Source of the DNA: Acidobacteriota bacterium
GTDB taxonomy: Bacteria > Acidobacteriota > Terriglobia > Versatilivoradales > Versatilivoraceae
Assembly: GCA_022821775.1 (NCBI GenBank)
Contig: JAJECY010000307.1
Coordinates: forward strand, 1-60,309
Direction of reading: 5' to 3'
Length of the DNA: 60,309 nucleotides
How positions within the stretch are numbered: the stretch's first letter is position 1; the number at the start of each line of letters is the position of its first letter. Positions 45,231 to 54,393 of the stretch are shown piece after piece. Made by a program: the position numbers and the translations under genes. The notes under the pieces were generated by a model. The model searched no databases. It was not told the DNA's origin and was given only the letters and a program-made list of their open reading frames with translations.

Positions 45231-47117
45231 TCAAATCTGCCCCAGTTCCCTCAAGGTCGCCGCCAGCCCCAACAGGAAAAAGAAGAGGCCTCCCAGCATC
45301 ATGGCGATCCGGACGAACCAGCCCGGCCTCAGTTCCCGCGGAAGCAGGACCGTGTTGAGAATCAGGGTATGGCAGCAACTGATGCCCAGCGCGAAATTGT
45401 AGCTGATGGTGGCGAACTTGATCAGCGCCGTCGGCGCGTTCAGCCAGAGCATGGCCAGGCCCAGAACGGAGTAGCCCATGATCAGCCCGAAGTAGATCCT
45501 GCCGATCCTGGCCGGGTCCACCTTCCGGAGCGTGGAACTGGAGGTCCAGATGGTATCCAGCCAGCGGCGGACCACCCCGTCGATGTGTCCGACCATGGTG
45601 GGGGCCAACACCAGGAACCCGCAAAAGAGGGTGGAGGCCCAGAAAAGATTCCCCCAGGCAGTACCTCCCAGGATCTCGGAGAGCCCCGTCATGGAGGCCA
45701 GCACGCCCTCGGGAGGGTTGGCGGCCTGCCTGCCCACCCCCTCGGCCGTCAGCGCCGCCGCGTTCCAGCGGTCGGCCTCGGTGCCGCGCCGGAGAAATTC
45801 CACCGACAGCATGCTGGGCAGGGCCAGGCCAACGAAACAGGCGGGAATCCAGATGGCGCACTGGTCGCGCACCACGTGCCGGTACCAGCGCCGCCAGCGC
45901 GGCAGGGATTCCCGGCTCACCTCGAACACCGACCCTACGTGGGAGAGGGTGATCCCCTGGCCTCCCACCATGCTGGGGATGGCGCCCACATGGTGTCCCA
46001 TGCCCCAACCCTGGTCGCGGGTGAAGTTGCTGATGGGAGTGTTGCTCAGCCCTCCGTTGCCCGCGATGGCGGCCATGGCGGCGATGAAGGCGATCAGTGT
46101 GAAATCGATGGTGGGAAGAACACCCTTGCCGAACCAGGACGCGAACACGTTTTCCACGTTGGGGCCGTCCAGAAATCCATCCCCGTCCAGGTCCTCGTGT
46201 TTCAGCAGTTGCCCCCGAGGGCCCCGCTCCCAGGTGTCGGGCCGGCCGTCGCCGTCGGAGTCGACGGTAGGCTCCAGCCTGCGTTCCACCACGTCCAGGT
46301 GGCCGTCCCCATCCCAGTCCTCGCCGGGGTCCAGCCTTCCGTTGCCGTTGCGGTCCTCGCCGCTGAGCACGGGAACGGTTCCCAACTTGAAGAACCCGCT
46401 CCCGATGTCGACCCAGGTCGAGGGGCTGGAGTAGAGCAGCGCCACAATCAGAAGGAATCCGAAGACCGTGACCAGCTTGACCGACATCACCGCCTTCAGC
46501 GAGTTGTAGACCTTGCCTCCGAAGATCAGCGGAATCACCGAGGCCACGAATATGCCGGTGGCGGTGAGCTTGTGCATCCACCAGTGCAGCGGCACCGCGT
46601 CCGGATCGGGCATCTGACCGCCGAGCAGGAGAATCATCACCGGCGTGGCCGCGGTGGCGGCCAGGTAGGGAAAGACCGACCCGAAATCCAGGATCAGGTA
46701 GACGACCAGCCAGAATCGCGGCCCCGGCGCCGTCCGGAACTTTCCGGTGAAGATGGGCTCGCCGGTGTAGAGGGTGTAGCGGCTGATCTCGATGTTGTAG
46801 AGCCCCTGGGCCAGGATGCTGAGGGTGGCCAGCCACAGCAGCGCGCCCCCGTAGCGGGCCGTCACCAGCGGACCCAGCAGCCACTCGCCCCCGCCGATGG
46901 CCCCCGCCCCCGCCACCAGGCCGGGGCCCAGGAAAGCATACCAGTGCTTCCGCACGAACCTGGGGGCGTCGATCAGCTCGCCGGAATTCCAGCGCGGCAT
47001 CTTCCTGGACCCGGGATGGGGAGGAACGAAACCGGTCGGGCCCGGGGCGGCCCCGCCGCCGGCGAAACTCTCCGGCGCCGGAGGATCATCGCGTCTCAGT
47101 TTGCTTTCATCGGTCAT
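45231..47117 (-). CDS. Nramp-like (APC-fold) membrane transporter with inserted DxDxDG loops
   Basis: LGPGLVAGAGAIGGGEW N-terminal motif, many TM helices, four Ca-binding-like DxDxDG motifs in one loop. Confidence 0.78.
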   Translation of the reverse strand: MTDESKLRRDDPPAPESFAGGGAAPGPTGFVPPHPGSRKMPRWNSGELIDAPRFVRKHWYAFLGPGLVAGAGAIGGGEWLLGPLVTARYGGALLWLATLSILAQGLYNIEISRYTLYTGEPIFTGKFRTAPGPRFWLVVYLILDFGSVFPYLAATAATPVMILLLGGQMPDPDAVPLHWWMHKLTATGIFVASVIPLIFGGKVYNSLKAVMSVKLVTVFGFLLIVALLYSSPSTWVDIGSGFFKLGTVPVLSGEDRNGNGRLDPGEDWDGDGHLDVVERRLEPTVDSDGDGRPDTWERGPRGQLLKHEDLDGDGFLDGPNVENVFASWFGKGVLPTIDFTLIAFIAAMAAIAGNGGLSNTPISNFTRDQGWGMGHHVGAIPSMVGGQGITLSHVGSVFEVSRESLPRWRRWYRHVVRDQCAIWIPACFVGLALPSMLSVEFLRRGTEADRWNAAALTAEGVGRQAANPPEGVLASMTGLSEILGGTAWGNLFWASTLFCGFLVLAPTMVGHIDGVVRRWLDTIWTSSSTLRKVDPARIGRIYFGLIMGYSVLGLAMLWLNAPTALIKFATISYNFALGISCCHTLILNTVLLPRELRPGWFVRIAMMLGGLFFFLLGLAATLRELGQI

Positions 47118-47233
47118 CGTATCTCTTCAGCCCCGCAATGGGGCGCGCAAGGACTTCCGATACTGGCGAGTTCAAGCCCGCCAGGCACTCCTTCCGGATT
47201 GGGACTCGATCGTCCCACTCTCTATCCCTAAGC

Positions 47234-50200
47234 CTATTCCCTGCCCGGCAGGTAGGCGCCGTCGCCGCTGCGCTCTCCGGGCCCGCCACCGTCGTTGATC
47301 ACACCATAGGCAACGAACGGATTATTGCCCGAGACCTTCCTCACCTGAACGAAACCTTGCCTGGTTCTCCCCAGAATCCCGTTGACCTGATGCCAACCGC
47401 GGGCGGTGACGATTCGGGTGATAGTTCTCGGTTGAGCACTGCCGCTGCCGTCGTAAATGGTGATCTCGAAGGTGCTGGAACTGTCGTCGATTTCGCCCGT
47501 GTTGACCAGGGCCAGGTTGCTGCGGTTCTCTTCGTTCTGCTGCAGCCCGTAGACCCAGGCGCTTTCAAGCGAAGCTGCCCCGTAGGGCACCGCATTATAG
47601 AAGAGGCTGTATTGCCCGCCTCGATTGTCCGGAGATCCCGTGCGGGCTCCGATCACAATCCCGCTCAGGTCGCCCTCGGCTGGCGTGGCGAACAGGGCTC
47701 CCACGTAGGTGCGACCCGCCGGACCGATGCCGTCCACCTTCCCCTCGCGTAGCCAACTGACGAGGTTAGGCAGGATACGCTGTTCCCCGGCCTTAATCTC
47801 CAGGCTGAAGCTGGCCGTGTCATCTGAGGTCGCAACGCCGCCCGCCGCGAAACTGAAATCGATGGTTTTGTCCGAGGTCGAGAAGTTGGTGACGGTCAGC
47901 TCGCTTTGGAAGTTTCCGGTTTCGACGACGACCGGCAGCGTCTGTCCCCTGGCTCCCACCAGGGAGGATTCGGTCACCGGAAAAACGAAGGAGCCATCGG
48001 AGTTAAAGTTGTCGTTGATGACCCCGTAAGCGTAGAAAGGGGCATCTCCCTCGATCTTTTCCACCTTGACGTAGCCCTGCGCCGGAGTGCCCAGCCTTGC
48101 CAGCAGTCCCGAGTACTGGTGGAAGCCGCCCGGCGGGAGCGTCTCTTCATTCACGAGATGAAAGGTGGTGTCGTCCGCCTCTCCAGAGAAGACGATGGTT
48201 CTCAGGGTGATGGGGCCGTCTCCGGGAGTCCCCATGTTCTGCAGGGCCACGTTGGAGCGGTCCTGGGTGTTCTGGCGCAGCCCGCACAGGTAGACGGGTT
48301 CCTGGAAACCCTCTGCTTCGGGGATGCCGGGATAGGCCAGGCCGGCGCGGCCTTCGGGGACGCCGGTGGTGGTGCGCGCCACCACGCTCATTGATGAAGA
48401 CCCTGAAACTTCCACCCTCAGAGTCCCGATCCGGTTCCCCGTCTCCGGAATCGGCACGCCCAAGCCCATCAGGTATCCCAGGGTATCGGACTGGATTCTC
48501 TGGCGCCAGGGGGCCAGCCTGTCGGTAACCGTTCCGCTTCCACCTCCCGCGTGGGCGGTGTAGGTGTAGTGAAGGACCGCCTCCTCGGCGCCCCGGTTGG
48601 CGAGGGTCAGCTCCGAGGTGAAGAAGGAGCTTTTGCGTCCGGCCGAGGTCAGAAGGACAGGGACGAAGACGGAAGAGCAATCCGGACCTCGAACATCCCC
48701 GATGCCATTGAGCCAGGTCCGGATGGAGGTGTCCGCCTGAGCGCAGAGACCGGAGTTCCGGTGGAACCGGAAGTGTTGCAATGCTACGAGGTTGGTGAAC
48801 GATGGGGGAACCATCCCGGCCAGTCGATTGCCCCGAAGATCCAGTCCTTCGAGATGGATCAGGTTGCCCAACTGGGAAGGGAGGGTCCCAGTCAGATGGT
48901 TGTTGGAGAGGTCCAAATGCGTCACACATCCGTTGAAGTCGACAGTGACCCCGTACCACTCGGACAGAGGCCTGACACTCAACCAGTTCATGCCGTTGGT
49001 CCATTCGGTCCCGCCGGTCGAGTCGTAGAGAGCCTTCAGTGCCGCCCGGTCCCTGGCTGCGCACGACACCCGGTCGTTCAGGTCAAGGAAGGCCGAACCT
49101 CCGATTTTTGCTCCCTGGAGGTCTCGCAGCCTGCCCCCGACAAAGGCTTGGAGCAGGATGTATTCCGTGCCCTCGATCAGGCTGTCGGACCGCGGGACAA
49201 AAGTCAGGGTCGCGGTTCCGCTGGAGCTATTGGCCGGAATGGTCAGAATGTTGAGCATAGTGTCGAATGACCCGGAGAAACCGACAAGCGTGTAGTCGTG
49301 GCTCTCTCCCAGCGTCGCCGTGCCGCCGATGAGCAGATGAACCCTGGTCAACCTGCTCACCGGTGTGTGCTTGGCCGTTACCATTACGCGGGTGGCGCCG
49401 CCACCCTCGACCAGACCGGATGGAGTGACCGACAGAGTGAGCGAAGGGGAGCAGTCCGGACCCAGAGACTCTCCAATATCATCAAGCCAGTTCCGGATGA
49501 CTCTGTCCGCCCCGGCACACAGACCGGGGTTCAAAAAGAACCGGAACAGGCGCAACGCTTCCAGGTTGGCGAAAGAAAGGGGAATGGGCTCTGTCAGCAG
49601 GTTGGTGTCGAGAATCAGTGCCCGAAGGTTGCCGAGTTTGCCCAGCTCCGCCGGCAGAGATCCCGTCAGTCGATTGTCACCCAGATACAGCGTCTCGAGG
49701 TTGACGAGATCGCCCAGCTCCGGCGGAATCGGCCCCGTCAATCGGTTGGTGTCGACAGACAGCACCTGAAGGTTGCCGAGATTGCCCAACTCCGGCGGTA
49801 TAGACCCCGTCAGTCGGTTGTCAACCATAGTCAGCGTCTCAAGGTTGGCGAGATCGCCCAGTTCCGGCGGTATGGACCCCGTTAGCTGGTTGGTGCCGAG
49901 AGACAACTGCCGAAGCTTGGTGAGATTGCTAAACTCCGGCGGGATGGGCCCGGTCAGCTGATTGTCGGACAACCAAAGCAGCTCAAGGTCGGTGAGATTA
50001 CCCAGTTGCGGTGGTATGGAACCCGTTAGTTGGTTATCTGACACGAAAAGATTCTGAAGGTTGGCCAGATTGCCCAGTTCCCGCGGTAGGTGGCCTGACA
50101 GCCGGTTCTTGTTGAACCACAGCAGCTCGAGGCTGGCGAGATTGCCCAACTCCGGCGGCAGGGGTCCGGTCAGTTGGTTGCCGACGAGAAAGAAATGCCG

Positions 50201-51244
50201 CAGGTTGGAAAGGTTGCCCAACTCCGGCGGCAGGTGCCCCGTCAGTTCGTTGCCTATGAGAGCCAACGTCTCAAGTTTTGCCAGACTGCCGAGCTCCGGC
50301 GGTATCGACCCCGTCAGTTGGCTGGAGGTGAGACCCAAAGTCAGCAGGCTGGCGAGACTGCCCAACTCGGGCGGTATGGGCCCGCTCAGTGGGTTGTTGC
50401 TGAGAGCCAACCTCTGCAGGTTGGCCAGATTTCCCAACTCCGGTGGTATGGGTCCCGCCAGTTGGTTTTGTTCGAGACTGAGCTCCCGCAGACCGGCGAG
50501 ATTGTCCAGCTCCGGCGGTATAGCCCCTGTCAATTGGTTGGCAGCCAGAATGAGCAGCTCAAGGCCGGCCAGACGGCTCAACTCGGACGGCACCGAACCC
50601 GTCAGTCTGTTGAAGCCGAGATCCAGTTCCCGTAGATTGCCGAGATTGCCCAGTTCCGGCGGTACGGATCCCGTCAGTTGGTTGCTGCCCAGAATCAGCC
50701 TTTCAAGTTGGGCAAGACGGCTCAGCGCCGACGGTATCGACCCCGTCAGCCGGTTGCTGGAGAGAATCAGCCACTTGATGTTGGCGAGATTCCCCAGTTG
50801 GGACGGTATGGACCCCCTCAGTTGATTGCCGGAGAAAGACAGTCGCTCGAGCTCGGAGAGATTGCCCAGCTCCGGCGGAATGCGCCCCTTCAGGCGATTG
50901 CCGAGAAGAAGCAACCCCGTGACCCTCCCATTGCGGACGGCTACGCCATTCCACTGGTCCAGCGGCAGGTTGCTCAACCAGTTTCTCCTATTGCGCCAAT
51001 TGGGACCATCGGTGGCGTTGTAGAGCGCCACCAGAGCCGCCCTGTCGGATGCAAGACCTTGAGCTCGGGCCTCGGCGGCCAGCAACAGGCTCCCCAGCAG
51101 CGCCACAAGGCCGATCAGCACTGTCGGAGGCACGGTATGGAGGCGCCAACGACACTGCCGTCCACCCGAACGGGAGGTGCACTCAGGACGAGATTCAGTA
51201 GCGACTACATCACATCCTTGTGAAATCAGCACCTCGCCTCCCAT
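47234..51244 (-). CDS. Secreted plant-type leucine-rich-repeat protein with the shared C-terminal module (start uncertain)
   Basis: Signal-like VLIGLVALLGSLLLAAEARA; cap DRAALVALYNAT.G.NW; about 19 24-aa LxxLxLxxNxLTGxIPPELG repeats; beta-rich spacer; second cap with a short LRR block; ~480-aa C-terminal module. Confidence 0.88.
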   Translation of the reverse strand: MGGEVLISQGCDVVATESRPECTSRSGGRQCRWRLHTVPPTVLIGLVALLGSLLLAAEARAQGLASDRAALVALYNATDGPNWRNRRNWLSNLPLDQWNGVAVRNGRVTGLLLLGNRLKGRIPPELGNLSELERLSFSGNQLRGSIPSQLGNLANIKWLILSSNRLTGSIPSALSRLAQLERLILGSNQLTGSVPPELGNLGNLRELDLGFNRLTGSVPSELSRLAGLELLILAANQLTGAIPPELDNLAGLRELSLEQNQLAGPIPPELGNLANLQRLALSNNPLSGPIPPELGSLASLLTLGLTSSQLTGSIPPELGSLAKLETLALIGNELTGHLPPELGNLSNLRHFFLVGNQLTGPLPPELGNLASLELLWFNKNRLSGHLPRELGNLANLQNLFVSDNQLTGSIPPQLGNLTDLELLWLSDNQLTGPIPPEFSNLTKLRQLSLGTNQLTGSIPPELGDLANLETLTMVDNRLTGSIPPELGNLGNLQVLSVDTNRLTGPIPPELGDLVNLETLYLGDNRLTGSLPAELGKLGNLRALILDTNLLTEPIPLSFANLEALRLFRFFLNPGLCAGADRVIRNWLDDIGESLGPDCSPSLTLSVTPSGLVEGGGATRVMVTAKHTPVSRLTRVHLLIGGTATLGESHDYTLVGFSGSFDTMLNILTIPANSSSGTATLTFVPRSDSLIEGTEYILLQAFVGGRLRDLQGAKIGGSAFLDLNDRVSCAARDRAALKALYDSTGGTEWTNGMNWLSVRPLSEWYGVTVDFNGCVTHLDLSNNHLTGTLPSQLGNLIHLEGLDLRGNRLAGMVPPSFTNLVALQHFRFHRNSGLCAQADTSIRTWLNGIGDVRGPDCSSVFVPVLLTSAGRKSSFFTSELTLANRGAEEAVLHYTYTAHAGGGSGTVTDRLAPWRQRIQSDTLGYLMGLGVPIPETGNRIGTLRVEVSGSSSMSVVARTTTGVPEGRAGLAYPGIPEAEGFQEPVYLCGLRQNTQDRSNVALQNMGTPGDGPITLRTIVFSGEADDTTFHLVNEETLPPGGFHQYSGLLARLGTPAQGYVKVEKIEGDAPFYAYGVINDNFNSDGSFVFPVTESSLVGARGQTLPVVVETGNFQSELTVTNFSTSDKTIDFSFAAGGVATSDDTASFSLEIKAGEQRILPNLVSWLREGKVDGIGPAGRTYVGALFATPAEGDLSGIVIGARTGSPDNRGGQYSLFYNAVPYGAASLESAWVYGLQQNEENRSNLALVNTGEIDDSSSTFEITIYDGSGSAQPRTITRIVTARGWHQVNGILGRTRQGFVQVRKVSGNNPFVAYGVINDGGGPGERSGDGAYLPGRE

Positions 51245-51285
51245 AAATCGTGAGGTTGACCAATAACCATCAGCCCTCGGGCACG

Positions 51286-52242
51286 TCAGAATCCGGCCCG
51301 CTTGTCGCAGATGTTCAGCAGGGGCTCTCCCTTGAGGTAGCGGGCCAGGTTGTCCTTGAAGATCCGGTAGCGGCGCTCCCAGGTCTGGGGGGAGTCGCCC
51401 GAGACGTGGGGGGAGATGAGGACGTTGGGCATGTCCCAGAGCGGGCTGTCGTCGGCCGGGGGTTCGGGCCTGGTGGCGTCGAAGCCGGCCCCGGCGATGC
51501 GTCCCGACCTCAGCCCGTCCGCCACCGCCGCCTCGTCCACGATGCCGCCCCGGGAGATGACGATCAGGCGGCTGCCCTGCTTGAGCCGGCCGATCCTCTC
51601 CCGGTTCAGCAGGCCTTCGGTGCCGTCGGTGAGGGGGGCCGTCACCACGAACCAGTCGGAGATCTGGAGCAACCGCTCCAGGTCCTCCAGGGTCCAGGCC
51701 TCGGCCACTCCCGGCGGCGGCTCCATGGGCTTCACGTCCACGCCATAGACCCGCATGCCGAAGGCCTGGGCCCGCACGGCCACCGCCCGGCCTATGGCGC
51801 CCAGGGCCAGAATCCCCATGGTGGCGCCGTCGAGCTCGGTGATCTGTGCCCGGTACTTGTCGACGTCCCAGCGGTGGGCCCGCTGATCGTCCAGCATGTC
51901 CACCATCCGGTGGGCGAGCATCAGAATGATGCCCATGACGTGGTCGGCCATGGCGATGGCATGGGTGGCGGGCGCGTTGGTCAGGACCACGTCGCTGGCC
52001 ACGAAGGCGGGATTGCCTCGCACCAGCGGGTCGAACCCCGCCCCCACGAAGTGGCACCAGCGCAACTTGCCGGCCGCCTCGAAGACGGCCGGGGTGATGG
52101 CCCCGAACAAGACCTCGGCGTCGGGGATCTCCCGGATCTGATCGGCCTGGGTGGGCGCCTCGCAAAATTCGACTGATGGGAAAGAGTTCCTGAGATCCGC
52201 GACAAACTCGCGGTCGGCTTCGCTGTCGAGGACGACTTTCAT
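51286..52242 (-). CDS. D-2-hydroxyacid dehydrogenase family protein
   Basis: GILALGAIG Rossmann motif, APLTDGT, ISRGGIVDE, AGFDATRPEP, LISPHVSG. Confidence 0.92.
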   Translation of the reverse strand: MKVVLDSEADREFVADLRNSFPSVEFCEAPTQADQIREIPDAEVLFGAITPAVFEAAGKLRWCHFVGAGFDPLVRGNPAFVASDVVLTNAPATHAIAMADHVMGIILMLAHRMVDMLDDQRAHRWDVDKYRAQITELDGATMGILALGAIGRAVAVRAQAFGMRVYGVDVKPMEPPPGVAEAWTLEDLERLLQISDWFVVTAPLTDGTEGLLNRERIGRLKQGSRLIVISRGGIVDEAAVADGLRSGRIAGAGFDATRPEPPADDSPLWDMPNVLISPHVSGDSPQTWERRYRIFKDNLARYLKGEPLLNICDKRAGF

Positions 52243-52359
52243 GGATTTGAGCCCCCATGGTTGTTTGGATCGGCAAGAAAATTTGACCGAAGTTACCGCA
52301 CCGCCGGGCGACCGTCAAGCCTGGCGTCGGTTCAGCCCCGGAAGATCCCACCCTTGCCC

Positions 52360-52610
52360 GAAACAACGATAAGAACAGAGTTATCCACGAAGATACACGA
52401 AGAAAGACGAAGGGCCACGAAGCGGGACGGATCTGCGTCAACGGCCCGCACCGCCACGAAACGGATTATCAACATCGATGCACAGGATTTTTTCAGGAAA
52501 CGACCGGCATCTGTTCCGGGGCATCCGCAATCCCGAACCGCATCATCGCCGAAGTCGGCTTTTCGTGCAGAAGCATTCCGTCCTGCTTATCCTGTGCATC
52601 GATGTTCAAT
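52360..52610. repeat. Second copy of the composite intergenic repeat, with an 18-bp inverted repeat pair
   Basis: gaaacaac...gagttatccacgaagatacacgaagaaagacgaagggccac; aacatcgatgcacaggat (52471-52488) is the reverse complement of atcctgtgcatcgatgtt (52589-52606). Confidence 0.78.
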
Positions 52611-52787
52611 GCTTGGTCCTCCTCGATTGAACTGGCCCGTCCGAGATGCCCGCTACGCCCAACACTCCGTTGCGGCGCTTGGTTTCAGCAAGGTTCGGTA
52701 ACCGAACCTTCGAAACAGGGTGTACAATGCCGTTCCTGCTTTCCGTGATCGACGGTCGGGTGACGACCACCCCAGGGAGCCTCGCCC

Positions 52788-54392
52788 TTGGCTTTGCTCT
52801 GCCAGATTCAACTGCAGGGGATGGACTACGGGTTGATCCTGGTCTATGCGCTGCTGGTGATGGCGATCGGCTTCGGATTTTCGCGCCAGCAGGGAAGCTC
52901 GGCCAACTACCTGCTGGCGGGACGATCCATGGGCTGGGCGGCCGTGGGCATCTCCCAACTGGCCAGCCTGCTGTCGGCCATCAGCTACCTGGGCACCCCG
53001 GGCGAGGCCTACGGCTACGACCTGCAGTATCTCCTCTTCAGCATCTGCGGCTTTCTGTGCGTGCCCCTGGCAATCTATTTCTTCCTGGACTTCTTCTATC
53101 GACTGAACCTGACCTCCATCTACGAGTACCTGGAACGGAGGTTCAATTATCCCACCCGGCTCCTGGCCAGCGCGGTCTTCATCATCTCCCGGCTGGCCTG
53201 GATGGCCACCATCGTGGTGGCCGTCTCCCTGGCCATCGAGGAACTCACCGGGATCGAGCCGGCGGTCTCCATCGTCCTGACCACGGCGGTGGCCACCGCC
53301 TATACCCTGGTGGGCGGCATGAAGGCCATCATCTGGACCGACGTGCTGCAGTTTTTCCTCTTCACCCTGGGCCTGGCCGCGGCGGTCGCCCTGATCTTCT
53401 GGAAGGACCCGGCCTCCGAGCTGCTGGCCGTGATGGTCCGCGACGACAAGCTGAGGATGTTCAACTTCAGCCTGGATCCCACAACCCGCATCACCGTCTG
53501 GATGGCCGTGACCGCGGGAGCCGTCAACGGCGTCGCCAACCTGACCGACCAGGTCAGCATGCAGCGCTACCTCTCCTGCGGGTCGCTGCGGGAGGCCCGG
53601 CGGGCGGTGTGGTTCAAGCCCTTCCTGTCGATACCGGTCACCGTGCTGATCTACGGCCTGGGGCTGGCTCTCTACGCCCACCACCAGTTGAACCCGGAAC
53701 TGGCCGTGGGGATCGGGAGCGCCGACCGGGCCTTTCCCCACTTTGTCCTGAACGAAATGCGGGGCGGCCTGGCGGGCCTCATCCTGGCCGCCATATTCGC
53801 GGCCGCCATGTCGAGCATCGATTCGGGGACCCACACCATCAGCACGGTCTGCGTGGAAGACTACTACAAGCGGCTGATTCGTCCCGATGCTCCCGACGGA
53901 CTCTGCCTGCGGCTGGCCCGCGGGCTGACATTGGTCTGGGCCGTCGTCATCGCGGTGCTGGCCCAGACCCTGACCGGGCAGGACACCATCGTGGGGACCA
54001 TGGCCACGGTGGCGGCCCCGTTTTTCGGGTGCGCGGTGGGCATGTTCGTGCTGGGAACCGCCACCCGTCGGGCCACGGGTTGGGGGACCTCATTGGGAGC
54101 CCTGGTCGGCTACGGACTGGTGCTGGTGACCAGGTACTGGCTGTTCAAGATCGACGGGCAGTGGCTCCTGCTGCCGGGAGGGCCGGACCCCTACACGGCC
54201 GGCACCGTCGAGCAGGTCTCCAAGTTCTGGCTGACCTTCATCAGCTTCGCGGGCACGGTCATTCCGGGCTACCTGATCAGCCTGGCTTCTCCCGCTCCCT
54301 CCAGGGACCGGCTGCGCGGCCTGACCCTGTGGGACGGGAAAGGGGAGGCTCGAGCCGAGGCCGGGCCAGGCAGCGAGCCAAAGCAGGACTGA
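52788..54392 (+). CDS. Sodium:solute symporter (SSS family)
   Basis: YLLAGRSM, SAISYLGTPG, SIYEYLERRF, GGMKAIIWTDVLQ, QRYL, AAAMSSIDS. Confidence 0.93.
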   Translation: MALLCQIQLQGMDYGLILVYALLVMAIGFGFSRQQGSSANYLLAGRSMGWAAVGISQLASLLSAISYLGTPGEAYGYDLQYLLFSICGFLCVPLAIYFFLDFFYRLNLTSIYEYLERRFNYPTRLLASAVFIISRLAWMATIVVAVSLAIEELTGIEPAVSIVLTTAVATAYTLVGGMKAIIWTDVLQFFLFTLGLAAAVALIFWKDPASELLAVMVRDDKLRMFNFSLDPTTRITVWMAVTAGAVNGVANLTDQVSMQRYLSCGSLREARRAVWFKPFLSIPVTVLIYGLGLALYAHHQLNPELAVGIGSADRAFPHFVLNEMRGGLAGLILAAIFAAAMSSIDSGTHTISTVCVEDYYKRLIRPDAPDGLCLRLARGLTLVWAVVIAVLAQTLTGQDTIVGTMATVAAPFFGCAVGMFVLGTATRRATGWGTSLGALVGYGLVLVTRYWLFKIDGQWLLLPGGPDPYTAGTVEQVSKFWLTFISFAGTVIPGYLISLASPAPSRDRLRGLTLWDGKGEARAEAGPGSEPKQD

Positions 54393-54393
54393 C

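Noticed and set aside
51245-52441. N-terminal ~400 aa of the 1735-aa ORF
   Set aside because: It is an alternative-frame read-through of the D-2-hydroxyacid dehydrogenase gene and a repeat element; the LRR protein signal peptide begins near 51130-51244.
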